NCBI GenBank assembly: GCA_016930515.1
Contig: JAFGGO010000119.1
Coordinates: 1 to 41,043 of the forward strand
DNA length: 41,043 nucleotides
Reading direction: 5' to 3'
Origin: Promethearchaeota archaeon
GTDB lineage: Archaea; Asgardarchaeota; Lokiarchaeia; Sigyniarchaeales; SOKP01
Under the pieces are notes generated by a model. That model was not told the origin of the DNA. It saw only the letters and a list, made by a program, of their open reading frames with translations, and did not search any database. Below are positions 28,937-39,400 of this stretch, piece after piece; the stretch's first letter is position 1, and each line of letters starts with the position of its first letter. The position numbers and the translations under genes were made by a program.

Positions 28937-30457
28937 ATGTCAATAAGTCACTCAACACCATCCTATTTTAAAGTTCAAGTAGATCGAGAATATTGCAAGA
29001 AGTGTAAGCGATGCACCAATCATTGTTCCTACGGCGCCTTGTCGTTTAACGGAGAAAGGATCATCGCAGATAATTCAAAATGCGTTTCTTGTCAAAGATG
29101 CGTGGTCATGTGTCCTGCGGATGCGATTCATGTTGTTAAAAACGAGTCGTTTTTACCACCACACGGCAACTATGATCGAAGGATCAGGAACATCATTTGG
29201 GCCCAATCCGGAAACGGAGGCGTCCTTCTTAGCGCAACGGGTAATGATAGGCCCATACGGTCGATCTTTGACGACTTACTGCTCGATGCTTGCCAAGTGA
29301 CCAATCCCTCCATCGATCCCTTGAGAGAGTCGATAGAAACCAAGATCTTTTTCGGGAGAAAACCCTCGAGAATAGACTTTCAGAGGAGCAAGATTGATCC
29401 AAGCGAAATTTCCCTCAAAACGGAGTTCATGCCCAATTTCGAAATTGACATGCCGATAATGGTCGGGCATATGAGCTTGGGATCAATAAGCTATAACGCC
29501 GTGATGGCAATATACCAGGCCTGCAAAGAACTAAACATTCTTGCTGGTTCAGGAGAAGGTGGACTACACAAAGATTTTTACGAATACGGTTCGAACATAA
29601 TTACAGAGGTTGCTTCGGGAAGGTTTGGAGTCGATATTAATTATCTTCATAACGCTGCGGGGATTGAGATTAAAATAGGTCAAGGCGCCAAACCAGGACA
29701 TGGGGGACATCTTCCGGGAGAGAAAGTAAACTCCTTGATTTCTCAAACAAGGATGATTCCCAATGGGAGCGACGCATTGTCTCCATATCCACATCACGAT
29801 ATATATTCAATTGAAGACTTGGCACAGCTCATTGCCGCCCTGAAAGAAGCAACGAGATACAAAGTTCCTATCGGGGTGAAAATCGCTGCGGTCCACAACT
29901 CTGCACCCATAGCGGTTGGTATCGTGAGGGGTGGAGCCGATTTCATTACTCTCGACGGATTTCGGGGTGGTACGGGCGCAGCCCCAAGAATCATAAGGGA
30001 CCACGCAGGAATACCGATTGAATTGGCAATAGCCTCGGTTGACGAACGATTGCGCCAGGAAAATCTTAGAGACGAGGTAACTCTCGTAGCAGGAGGATCC
30101 ATACGATACTCAGCAGACTTGATTAAAGCAATTGCTTTAGGAGCCGATGTTGCGATGTGTAGCATGCCTGTTTTGATTGCTATGGGGTGTCGGGTGTGTC
30201 AACAGTGCTTTAGAGGGCTATGTTCGTGGGGTATCGCCACGCAACAGGAGTACTTGGTAAAAAGATTAGACATTGATGTGGCGCGAAACCGAATCATCAA
30301 TTTATTCCATTCCTGGAACGAAGAGCTCAAGGAAGTCTTAGGGGCAATGGGGATAGATTCGGTGGAATCCTTGCGGTCAAATCGCGATAGATTGAGATAC
30401 ATCGGTCCAAATCCTAAAATCGCAGATATTTTAGGTGTAAAACACGCAGGTGAGTGA
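28937..30457 (+). CDS. gltB2: Glutamate synthase FMN-binding subunit with N-terminal 2x[4Fe-4S]
   Basis: MSLGSIS, SGEGG, VASGRFGV, EIKIGQGAKPGHGGHLPGEKV, SPYPHHDIYSIEDL, CRVCQQCFRGLC. Confidence 0.93.
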   Translation: MSISHSTPSYFKVQVDREYCKKCKRCTNHCSYGALSFNGERIIADNSKCVSCQRCVVMCPADAIHVVKNESFLPPHGNYDRRIRNIIWAQSGNGGVLLSATGNDRPIRSIFDDLLLDACQVTNPSIDPLRESIETKIFFGRKPSRIDFQRSKIDPSEISLKTEFMPNFEIDMPIMVGHMSLGSISYNAVMAIYQACKELNILAGSGEGGLHKDFYEYGSNIITEVASGRFGVDINYLHNAAGIEIKIGQGAKPGHGGHLPGEKVNSLISQTRMIPNGSDALSPYPHHDIYSIEDLAQLIAALKEATRYKVPIGVKIAAVHNSAPIAVGIVRGGADFITLDGFRGGTGAAPRIIRDHAGIPIELAIASVDERLRQENLRDEVTLVAGGSIRYSADLIKAIALGADVAMCSMPVLIAMGCRVCQQCFRGLCSWGIATQQEYLVKRLDIDVARNRIINLFHSWNEELKEVLGAMGIDSVESLRSNRDRLRYIGPNPKIADILGVKHAGE

Positions 30458-30488
30458 TTCATAAATAATATTTAAATAGGTGAGAAAC

Positions 30489-31283
30489 ATGGTTGAAGAA
30501 AATATAATAGAAATTAGTGCTGCTCCAAACAATAGGCCCCTTAATTATAGGAGATTAAACGAAGAAGTACACGAGGCGATAAAGTCAAATCCAAAAAAAA
30601 TCGTTATTAACGACGCTTGCGGTCAGAGATTCATAGCAGCTTCGCTTCAGGGGGATCTCGAACTAGTGATAAACGGGCTTCCAGGTAACGACTTGGGAAT
30701 CTTTATGGACGGTCCCAAGATCGTGGTACATGGAAATTGCGAGGATCAAGCAGGAAATACGATGAATGATGGTGAAATCATCGTTCATGGCGAAGGAGGG
30801 GATGTTATCGGATTATCTGCAAGAGGAGGAAAGATTTATGTGAAGAAAGATGTGGGCTATAGAGTCGGAATTCACATCAAAGAATACGAGCATAAGTTTC
30901 CCGTTATTGTCATAGGTGGAACAGCCAAGGACTTCCTCGGCGAATACATGGCTGGAGGCTTGATCGTTGCTCTTGGACTAAAATTTGAAAACGGAAATGT
31001 GGTCGAAAACGATCACCCAATATGCGGAAGCGAATTAGGCACGGGAATACATCGAGGTAAAATCGTCTTAAGAACCGATGAGGCTCTCGAAGATAGGTTG
31101 GGTATAGGTGCAAAAATATTCGATATCACGGAACAAGAAAGAGCTGAAATAACCCCTTTCATCGACGAATTTTGCGAAATATTCAACATTCCAAAAGAAA
31201 TCGTTTATAATAAACCTTTCAAAGTAATAAAACCCATATCGAAACGTCCATTTGGGGGAAATTACTGCGGTCAAATAGTATGA
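30489..31283 (+). CDS. gltB3: Glutamate synthase domain 3 (GXGXG beta-helix)
   Basis: GQRFIA, GLPGNDLGIFMDG, GNTMNDG, FLGEYMAGG; SD-like AGGTGA before ATG 30489. Confidence 0.9.
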   Translation: MVEENIIEISAAPNNRPLNYRRLNEEVHEAIKSNPKKIVINDACGQRFIAASLQGDLELVINGLPGNDLGIFMDGPKIVVHGNCEDQAGNTMNDGEIIVHGEGGDVIGLSARGGKIYVKKDVGYRVGIHIKEYEHKFPVIVIGGTAKDFLGEYMAGGLIVALGLKFENGNVVENDHPICGSELGTGIHRGKIVLRTDEALEDRLGIGAKIFDITEQERAEITPFIDEFCEIFNIPKEIVYNKPFKVIKPISKRPFGGNYCGQIV

Positions 31284-31323
31284 ATCTTAAAATTCTTTCT
31301 TTTTATGTCTTTGATTAAATTAA

Positions 31324-32049
31324 ATGTTTCAAATGAAAATTAATGAAATAATCCTCATCTTAAAAAATATTTCTCACGAAGGACCGGGATTAATTGCAGA
31401 GGTTTTCAAGAAAGAAAAAATAGCTTACCATGTTATCAATCTTTCCGAAAACATCGACTTACCCAAGATCGACTCATATCGCCTCGTTATCGTTATGGGA
31501 GGACCAGATAGCGCTAACGACAATACAGTATAGATTATAAAAGAAACAGAATTCTTGAAAGAAGCGTTCAGGTCTGGAATTCCCCTTTTTGGTGTTTGCC
31601 TTAGCATGCAACTTATTGCTAAAATTGCCAGTGGGAGGATTCGTAAAAGTCCAGTGAGAGAAATTGGTTTTAAAAAAGGAAGAGCGTGGTATGAAATAAT
31701 CTTAACTCCTGATGGAAGAGAAGACCCTTTATTCAAAGGCTTACCAGACAAGTTTCCCGTTTTTCAACTTCCCGGAGAAACGGCAGAATTAAGTTCAAAT
31801 ATAAAACTTTTAGGAAAGGGCGAAATTTGTTTAGTTCAAGCAATTAAAATAGAACCAAACAATTACGGGACCCAATATCATTTTGCACTAACAAACGAAT
31901 TACTTGAAGAATGGATTGAAAAGGCTCCAGAATTGAACTTGATGCGTTCTGATGATTTGAGAGAACAATATCTCGTGGTGAAATCAAAAATGCGTGAGAT
32001 TGGGACTCGATTCTTTAAAAATTTATTAGTTCAGTTGGAAATTCTTTAA
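31324..32049 (+). pseudogene. Type 1 glutamine amidotransferase interrupted by in-frame TAG (31531-31533)
   Basis: HEGPG...MGGPDSANDNTV*IIKETEFLKEA...GVCLSMQL...QYHFA, all in one frame. Confidence 0.78.
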
Positions 32050-32123
32050 TACAAAATTTAATATATTAATTGTTAGTACTAGTAGTGCAATTAGTATTGC
32101 ATTTTAATTGGTACTTTCTTCTC

Positions 32124-32963
32124 ATGATACGGAAATTTCTTTTGATCGGGGAAGGTGGCATACTCTCTTACTATCTGAGCCAAGACGGAAACGAGATAGA
32201 CGGAGATCTATTGTCTGGCTTTTGCAGGGCTTTATATGATGTTTCTTTAGAGCTGACATTCCCCTTAAAAACGGTTGGATTCGAAAAAAACAAGATGATC
32301 GTCGAAAGCATTGAACACTCCGATAATAACACCCTTCTCGTCGCTATGATTTACGAAGAGCACCACATTGACGAGGCGATTAAAAACAAGATCCATTACA
32401 TTTACGACAGATTTTTTAAATTCCGTGATTTTAAGGATACTTCAAAAATTATCAAGGATAGAGATTTGGACCGGCGCATCCTTGATATCATAAACGATGT
32501 CCCATTAAAAGTCCTTGTTGATAAAAATATTGAGACGATCAAGGAAATTTTGGACCCAATCCTCTTGAAAAGAGAAAACAGCATCAATGCATACTCGATC
32601 ACGAGCTCTAATAACACCTTGCTGTATTCTAACGGTACCTATCAGCTCTCCAAGTACAGGCAAGAGTTAAGTGTGGAACAAATCATCACGGAATACCTCC
32701 TTTTCCTCAAGCAAGAAAAAATTCCTCACGGAGATAAGTTTATAGGTCTTGATCTTTCCGAAGGCCTCGATCTCGAAGATTATATCAACACGGGACAGAA
32801 AACACATGGTGTTGTAATCAATACAAGTATTAATTTGAAAGACGAACCCGATAATGAGCTTTTATTGTACTTTTTCGGTAAAAACACGCTCATGCGTTCG
32901 TGCGTGCTTGATATCGAGCATACATTGAGATATAAACTCGAAGAAATAGAAATTTCTCACTAA
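32124..32963 (+). CDS. Hypothetical protein with N-terminal longin-like domain
   Basis: FLLIGEGGILSY...IDGDLLSGFCRALYDVSLEL pattern resembles Asgard longin-like proteins. Likely start ATG 32124. Confidence 0.6.
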   Translation: MIRKFLLIGEGGILSYYLSQDGNEIDGDLLSGFCRALYDVSLELTFPLKTVGFEKNKMIVESIEHSDNNTLLVAMIYEEHHIDEAIKNKIHYIYDRFFKFRDFKDTSKIIKDRDLDRRILDIINDVPLKVLVDKNIETIKEILDPILLKRENSINAYSITSSNNTLLYSNGTYQLSKYRQELSVEQIITEYLLFLKQEKIPHGDKFIGLDLSEGLDLEDYINTGQKTHGVVINTSINLKDEPDNELLLYFFGKNTLMRSCVLDIEHTLRYKLEEIEISH

Positions 32964-33710
32964 AAAATATTTTTCCATGTTATAAACATTCATGATTGAT
33001 TTTTTTTCAAAATTTTATTACGAACATTTAAAATGTTCTCAATAATGGATTTAACATTTCACATTTCTACTAAAGGCATGTTTTTATTGCTCGGAATTTT
33101 TGTTCTTGTTTAACGACGATAACACAATATCAGAAACATCAAAATTAGTTATTTTTATCTCTAACAATTAAATTTTTTTCATATAACTAGTAGTCGTTCT
33201 AATACTCTTTATTTAAATCATCACCACCTTAAATAAAGATTTATAAAACGATGCTTTCGTATTGTTTCACGATCATTTTAAGGAACATTTAAATACTACT
33301 TCAAACCAATCGTAAAATAAAAAAAATTAATTAATCCGATTAAGATGGAATACAAGAAAATTATACCCTTGATTATTGCAATAGTTGGGTTGCTTTTTTT
33401 CATATTATTATAAATCGTTACTATTTAAGAACATTTGATAGTGATTATTTAAATAAGGGCAGTACAATAAGCCCTTTAAGCAATATTTTAAGTTAATTTT
33501 AATTTTTGAGAATTAATTTTACATCAAAACCTTATTATCTCCAATAAATTTCCGCATTACCACTCTATATAAAAATTTGTATTAAATAAAAAATTCACTC
33601 CCTAAGCGTTCATTTAAATGTGGATTAAATTTTTATTTCAATGATTTATAATTCTGAAATAAGCGATAATTTATTTTGAATATTAGAAAATAAGCGTTAT
33701 TTTTTAACTT

Positions 33711-34235
33711 TTAGATAAGACCCGCCTTTTGCATCATTATCTTCGTGATGGCACTAAAGATTTCTTCAACATTTTCTCCCGTCTTTGAGGAACATTCTAT
33801 ATAGCCCAATAAACCGTTAGAACGAGCTATATCTAGAGCATCTTCTGCGTCGACTTCACGATTTTCGTAAAGGTCTATTTTCGTCCCAACCATCAAGATG
33901 GGTGCCCATAAATCGTGATCCTTGTTTTGGAAAAACGACAACCAATCCTTGATCTTTTTTAAGCTATTAGTGTCGGTGATGTCAAACATATAGATTCCCC
34001 CCTTAGCGTCTTGAACAAAGCTCGGAAACAGTACTTTGTAATGCTCCTCGCCCGCAAAGTCCCATATCTGCAATCCCACGCTTTTTCCCTCTTGCTCGAA
34101 GTACTTCACGGCCAAGTCAGCTCCTATGGTTGTTTTTGTGTTCTCTTCAAACACGCCCGTGAGGTATTTGCGTGTAAAAGTCGTTTTTCCGACTCCTGAA
34201 TCTCCAAAAATGCATAATTTAAACTTATTAGTCAA
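33711..34235 (-). CDS. Rab-like small GTPase
   Basis: GDSGVGKT, TTIGADL, WDFAGEE, GTKID, ECSSK. Confidence 0.92.
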   Translation of the reverse strand: MTNKFKLCIFGDSGVGKTTFTRKYLTGVFEENTKTTIGADLAVKYFEQEGKSVGLQIWDFAGEEHYKVLFPSFVQDAKGGIYMFDITDTNSLKKIKDWLSFFQNKDHDLWAPILMVGTKIDLYENREVDAEDALDIARSNGLLGYIECSSKTGENVEEIFSAITKIMMQKAGLI

Positions 34236-34425
34236 GTTCTTCCATCACCTGAAAAATGAAAAAAAATATTTTCTTACAATAATATTGACAATAATTAACT
34301 TATATAAATTGTTGCTAGTTTTGGAATTCCTTGTATTTTATTCGTGTTAAAGTCCGATTATTTATATATTTGTTTTTGGAAAATCGTTCTTTATCTAATT
34401 TGTTACTAAATTAAAAAGCTCTTTA

Positions 34426-34824
34426 TTGAAGGTGATATTTATCGCAGCAAACGAAGATCCCACTCCGTGCTTTATTGTTGTGGGGATTATAATGATAGTT
34501 TTTGATGTGATTATCATCAATAGCGAATTTATTATATATATAGGAGGCGTGTTCGTATTCTTGGGTATCGTCTCAGCAATGGCAACAAACAATAAGAGAC
34601 AACCACTAAAGACCCAAAATGCAAGTTCTCAACAACAAATTCAAGCTCAAGATCAATCCTTTATTCAACCTCTTTCTAGATCTGTCCAACAAGTAATTTA
34701 CCCTAAAACGGAAGAGAAAATAAATCCTATTGTTCATCAAAATAAGTTATACGATTTTTGCCCGTATTGTGGGAACAGAACATTATTGGATACATGTCCA
34801 GAATGCGGTCAAGAAATTGACTAA
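34426..34824 (+). CDS. 2-TM membrane protein with C-terminal zinc ribbon
   Basis: Two hydrophobic helices, Gln-rich linker, CPYCG...CPECG. Confidence 0.7.
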   Translation: MKVIFIAANEDPTPCFIVVGIIMIVFDVIIINSEFIIYIGGVFVFLGIVSAMATNNKRQPLKTQNASSQQQIQAQDQSFIQPLSRSVQQVIYPKTEEKINPIVHQNKLYDFCPYCGNRTLLDTCPECGQEID

Positions 34825-34869
34825 AGATATTATATTTTTTCAATTATTAAAAAAAAAGATTTATGTAAG

Positions 34870-35901
34870 TTACACTTTAGTAATCCATCCAAACTCGTCT
34901 TTTAAGTCCAAGCGTTGAATTCTAGTAAGGTACTCGTAGAGCTTGGTAGTATATTTCCCTGGAATTTTATTATTAAATATCTTGGTCATTCCGTCATAGT
35001 GCACGGAATTGAAAGGGGTGATGACCGCAGCAGTACCCGTACAAAAAGCTTCCGTGCAGGAATCTTCAAATAATTCCTTGTAAGAAATGTCCCGTTGTTC
35101 GACCTTTAATCCAAGCTTTTTCTGCGCAAGCGTGAGAACTGATTTGAGCGTGATGCCTTCCAAGATGGTTCCATCAAATTTGGGAGTGATTAATGTCTGG
35201 TTCACGATTGCACAAAAATTAGCGGCTCCCACCTCGCTCACATATTCCATTTTCACCGAATCTAAGAATAATATTTGGGAAAACCCCCTTTCCTTTGCCT
35301 CTTTTGCAGGCATCATAGTGCCGGCGTAGTTTCCGGCCATTTTTGAAAATCCCGTTCCACCTGCACTCGCTCGCGTGTATTTCTTAGATATTTCAATGTC
35401 TATTCCTTTGAAACCTCCGGGAAAATACGCTCCAACCGGCGAAGTGAAAATTACAAGCTTGAATTCCGTGGCGGGAGCGATTCCAAGCATGGCGCCGCTT
35501 CCCATCATGAGCGGACGAATGTACAAGGAACCACCACTATCGTAAGGTGGCACAAAAAACTCGTTTGCTTTCACGACTTTTTTCACATTCTCGACGAACC
35601 TATCAACATTGTAAGGTGGCATTAACAAGCGCTTGGCGCTTTGATTTAATCTCTTTCCGTTTTCTTCTGGTCGAAACAAAACAATATCCCCCTTTTTCGT
35701 TTTCAAGGCCTTCAATCCTTCGAAGATCCCTTGTCCATAGTTTAAGACGCAGGCAGCTGGCGATAAACTGATATCGCCAAGAGGGACTAACTTTCCTTCG
35801 TCCCACTTTCCCTCTTTATAATCCGAAACGAACATATCCTTGGTTTGATAAAAACCAAAGGTAAGATTATAAAAATCCAAAGGCGTGTCTTTCGTTTCCA
35901 T
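34870..35901 (-). CDS. ilvE: Branched-chain amino acid aminotransferase
   Basis: LNYGQGIFEGLKA, SLYIRP, KMAGNYA, EVGAAN, ILEGIT, GTAAVITP. Confidence 0.95.
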   Translation of the reverse strand: METKDTPLDFYNLTFGFYQTKDMFVSDYKEGKWDEGKLVPLGDISLSPAACVLNYGQGIFEGLKALKTKKGDIVLFRPEENGKRLNQSAKRLLMPPYNVDRFVENVKKVVKANEFFVPPYDSGGSLYIRPLMMGSGAMLGIAPATEFKLVIFTSPVGAYFPGGFKGIDIEISKKYTRASAGGTGFSKMAGNYAGTMMPAKEAKERGFSQILFLDSVKMEYVSEVGAANFCAIVNQTLITPKFDGTILEGITLKSVLTLAQKKLGLKVEQRDISYKELFEDSCTEAFCTGTAAVITPFNSVHYDGMTKIFNNKIPGKYTTKLYEYLTRIQRLDLKDEFGWITKV

Positions 35902-36188
35902 TTTATTTACTCTATTTTTTATTTTTTTGTTTTGTGGTTATTAATGACCTGAAAACAAGGACGCCACCCTTTCGCGATCTCTTCTTAATAAAACGCTTGA
36001 TCGAACAAGACGATATTCCCAACGGTAAAGATGGTTATTAAAGAAAAGTCGGTAAAAGGAATAGCGATCTTGCTCTATAATACTACTGCTTTTGCCATTG
36101 CGATTGCGGGAGCATTCGCTACGATGGCTTCGGCCAATGGTTTATTGGCGAGTTCAAGCAATCGAGTAGTATTACTTTTTGAGATCAT
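35902..36188 (-). promoter_or_regulatory. Structured 5' leader of ilvE (candidate attenuator)
   Basis: Nested inverted repeats 36078-36174, a second imperfect hairpin 36003-36075 enclosing U-rich tracts, and a uORF. Confidence 0.5.
36075..36188 (-). CDS. Putative 37-aa leader peptide (uORF)
   Basis: MISKSNTTRLLELANKPLAEAIVANAPAIAMAKAVVL*; TATA-like CTTAAATT about 25 nt upstream of its ATG. Confidence 0.5.
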   Translation of the reverse strand: MISKSNTTRLLELANKPLAEAIVANAPAIAMAKAVVL

Positions 36189-36459
36189 TATATTATAAAT
36201 TGAATGCTATAATTTAAGCTTGTTGGGATTCATTGGTTTTAAGTTAATTTTTATCTTGATTCGTGAATTATTTATGATATGGGAAGAAACCACGATAAAG
36301 AACAATTCGGGTAAATTTATAGAATGATCAAATATAAAATTACCCGAGATCGAATTTTTTGGAAATATTTCTATGGATAAATTACTTAAAAAATGATTTT
36401 GAATCGCAAAATAATTGATCGATATCTTATATTGAAAAGTTCTGAGATATTTTTCAACT

Positions 36460-39400
36460 TCACCAATAGACCTCTTTTAGCGTGTCGTGATATTCGTTAA
36501 GAGACTTGATGGAAATTTCTTTCTTACGAACTTTCTCGATGGCGTCTATGACAGCTTTTGCTAATTGAAGGTTAATGATGACGGGAAGGTTGTAATCCAC
36601 GGCCATTCTCCTTATCATGTATTCGTCTTCCATGATTTGTATGAATTTTTGCTCCACCGTTGTCGGTAATGGAATGTTAATAACCATGTCAATGGCTCCG
36701 TTCTGCAGGCACCCCATGATGTTTGGCTCGTTGCCGTATTCGTGAACTTTGTAGAGACGCACTGCCCACACTTCGTTTTCTTTTAAGACCTTGGCAGTAT
36801 CTTCCGTGGCGAAAATAGTGAATCCCATTTCTTTTAATTTTTTTGCTAAAGGAACGACTTGTTTCTTGAGTTCGTCGCCACCGACTGAAATGAGAACATT
36901 TCCACCGTTTACTGGAATTTTTAGCTCCGTTGCTTCGATAGACTTTATCAGGGCGTCTGAAAAGTCTTCACCAATGCAAGCAACTTCTCCCGTGCTCGCC
37001 ATTTCTACACCCAAGATAGGATCTGCTTTGTCGAGACGCATGAACGAAAACATGGGTGACTTAATAGAAACATATTTCCCGTACGGTAGGTCCATAAGTC
37101 GCTCGGGGATCTTTTCCCCCATGATGACTTCTGCTGCCAATCTCATCAAGTTAACACCACGCGTTTTAGACACATAAGGCATGCTCCTGCTCGAACGCAG
37201 GTTGCACTCGATGACAAACACTTCCTCGTTTTTTACTAGGTATTGCACGTTAAAGGGTCCCTTGATCTTGAGTGCAAGTGCGATTTTTTTCGTGTTTTCT
37301 TCTATTTCGTTGATAACTTTTGCCGAGACAGTCTGGGGTGGAATGGACATGGTAGCATCCCCGCTATGTACTCCAGCGTTCTCGATGTGTTCGACGATTG
37401 CTCCGATAAAAACGCGCTCTCCATCACATACACCATCACACTCGATCTCACGAGCTTCCGTGAAAAACTTAGTTATTACAACGGGATAATCGCTTGATAC
37501 TGCGGCCGCTAAATCTAATGTGTCTTGAAGCGTATGTTTGTCGTAAGAAACTCTCATTGCAGCACCACTAAGAACATAAGACGGGCGTACCAATACGGGA
37601 TATCCAACATCCTTTGCAAATTTGAGTGCTTCTTTATTATTTACTAAAGCCGCCCATTGGGGTTGTTTGATGTTTAATTGGTCTAAAAGACTACTGAATT
37701 TCGATCGATCCTCCGCCATGTCGATTCTCGTGCCATGCGTTCCTAATATATTCAACCCTATCTGACCAAAAAAATCTGTATATTTTGAAAATTTGGCTGC
37801 AAGATTGTTAGCAATTTGTCCTCCGGCCGATACAACCACACCATAAGCCTTTTCCAACTCACAGATATCAATCACGCGTTCTCCACTTAATTCCTCAAAA
37901 TATAGCTTGTCTGATATGTCATAATCCGTGGATACTGTTTCGGGATTGTAGTTAATAATGATGGCTTGATCGACACCTAATTTTTTTAAACCAAAGAGAC
38001 AATTCACTGAGCCCCAATCAAACTCGACAGAAGCGCCAATACGATACGTTCCGGAACCAAGCACGATAACCTTTTTAAGATGTGCTTGTTCTTCCTTTTC
38101 AAAGTCGACATCGTGCTCGCTCGCAGCGTATGATAGATATAAATAATTCGTTTTTGCAGGCCATTCCGCCGCTAATGTATCGATTCTCTTTACAAATGGT
38201 GTAATACCGTAATTTTTTCTGAGTTTTCTTACGATAATCGAATTTATTTTCATGATTTGTGCGATTTGACCGTCTGAAAATCCATACCTTTTCGCTCTTA
38301 TAAACCAATATTTCTTATCTTCGTCTTTACTTTCTAACAAGTCAAGTTTTTCTAATTGATGCTCGATATTAACGATATTTTGTAGTTTATAGAGAAACCA
38401 CTTGTCCACGCGTGACAATTCGTAAATCTCGTCTATTGAAATGCCTTTCTTGATGGCCTCAGCTAACCTGAAAGCTCTTAAGTCCGTTGGGTTTCTCAAG
38501 CTATATTTTAATTCGTTCAAGTCTTCGATAGGCGGGAGATCGTTTGCAACCAATCCTTTCATGCCGACATCCAACATTCGAATGGCTTTCTGTAACACTT
38601 CCTCGAATGTTCGCCCAATCGCCATAACTTCACCAACCGATTTCATTTGCGAGCCGATTCTTCTATCGACTTTTTGGAACTTCGTGAGATCCCACCGAGG
38701 AATCTTCAAGACCAAGTAATCCAATGCAGGTTCAAAACAAGCGGTAGTGATGCCCGTTATCTTGTTGTTTAATTCGGGAAGGGTGTAACCAGTTGCTAAT
38801 TTGGCTGCGATATAAGCGAGGGGATAACCCGTGGCTTTAGACGCGAGCGCAGAGGACCTCGATAACCTCGCGTTTACTTCGATGACCCGAAACTCCTTTG
38901 AAGTTGGGTGAAGGGCATATTGTATGTTGCATTCTCCGATGATTCCTAAGTTTCTGATAACCCTAATGGATGCCGACCTAAGCATCTGGTACTCCTCGTT
39001 AGTAAGCGTTTGAGAAGGAGCAACCACGATACTTTCGCCCGTATGAATGCCAACGGGATCAAAATTTTCCATGTTACAATTAATGAAGCAATTATCGACC
39101 GAATCTCGAACGACTTCGTATTCTATCTCCTTCCATCCCCACACGCTTTCTTCAATGAGTATCTGGTTTATTCTTGACTGGGCTAATCCTTTCTTAGCCA
39201 TTTTTTCGAACTCGTTCATGTTATGTATTATACCTGAACCCCTTCCTCCGAGCGTATACGCGACCCTGAGCATCAAGGGAAAACCAAAGTTCTTTGCGAC
39301 TTTTACTGCTTCAGAATAAGTGGTAACTGCTTGACTCCTGCATACCCTCGCATCCGATTCGTACATTGCTTTGACAAACAAGTCTCGATCTTCCGTTTTT

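Noticed and set aside
36078-36174. tRNA gene
   Set aside because: No TTC-containing T-loop, D-loop GG or cloverleaf spacing could be assigned.
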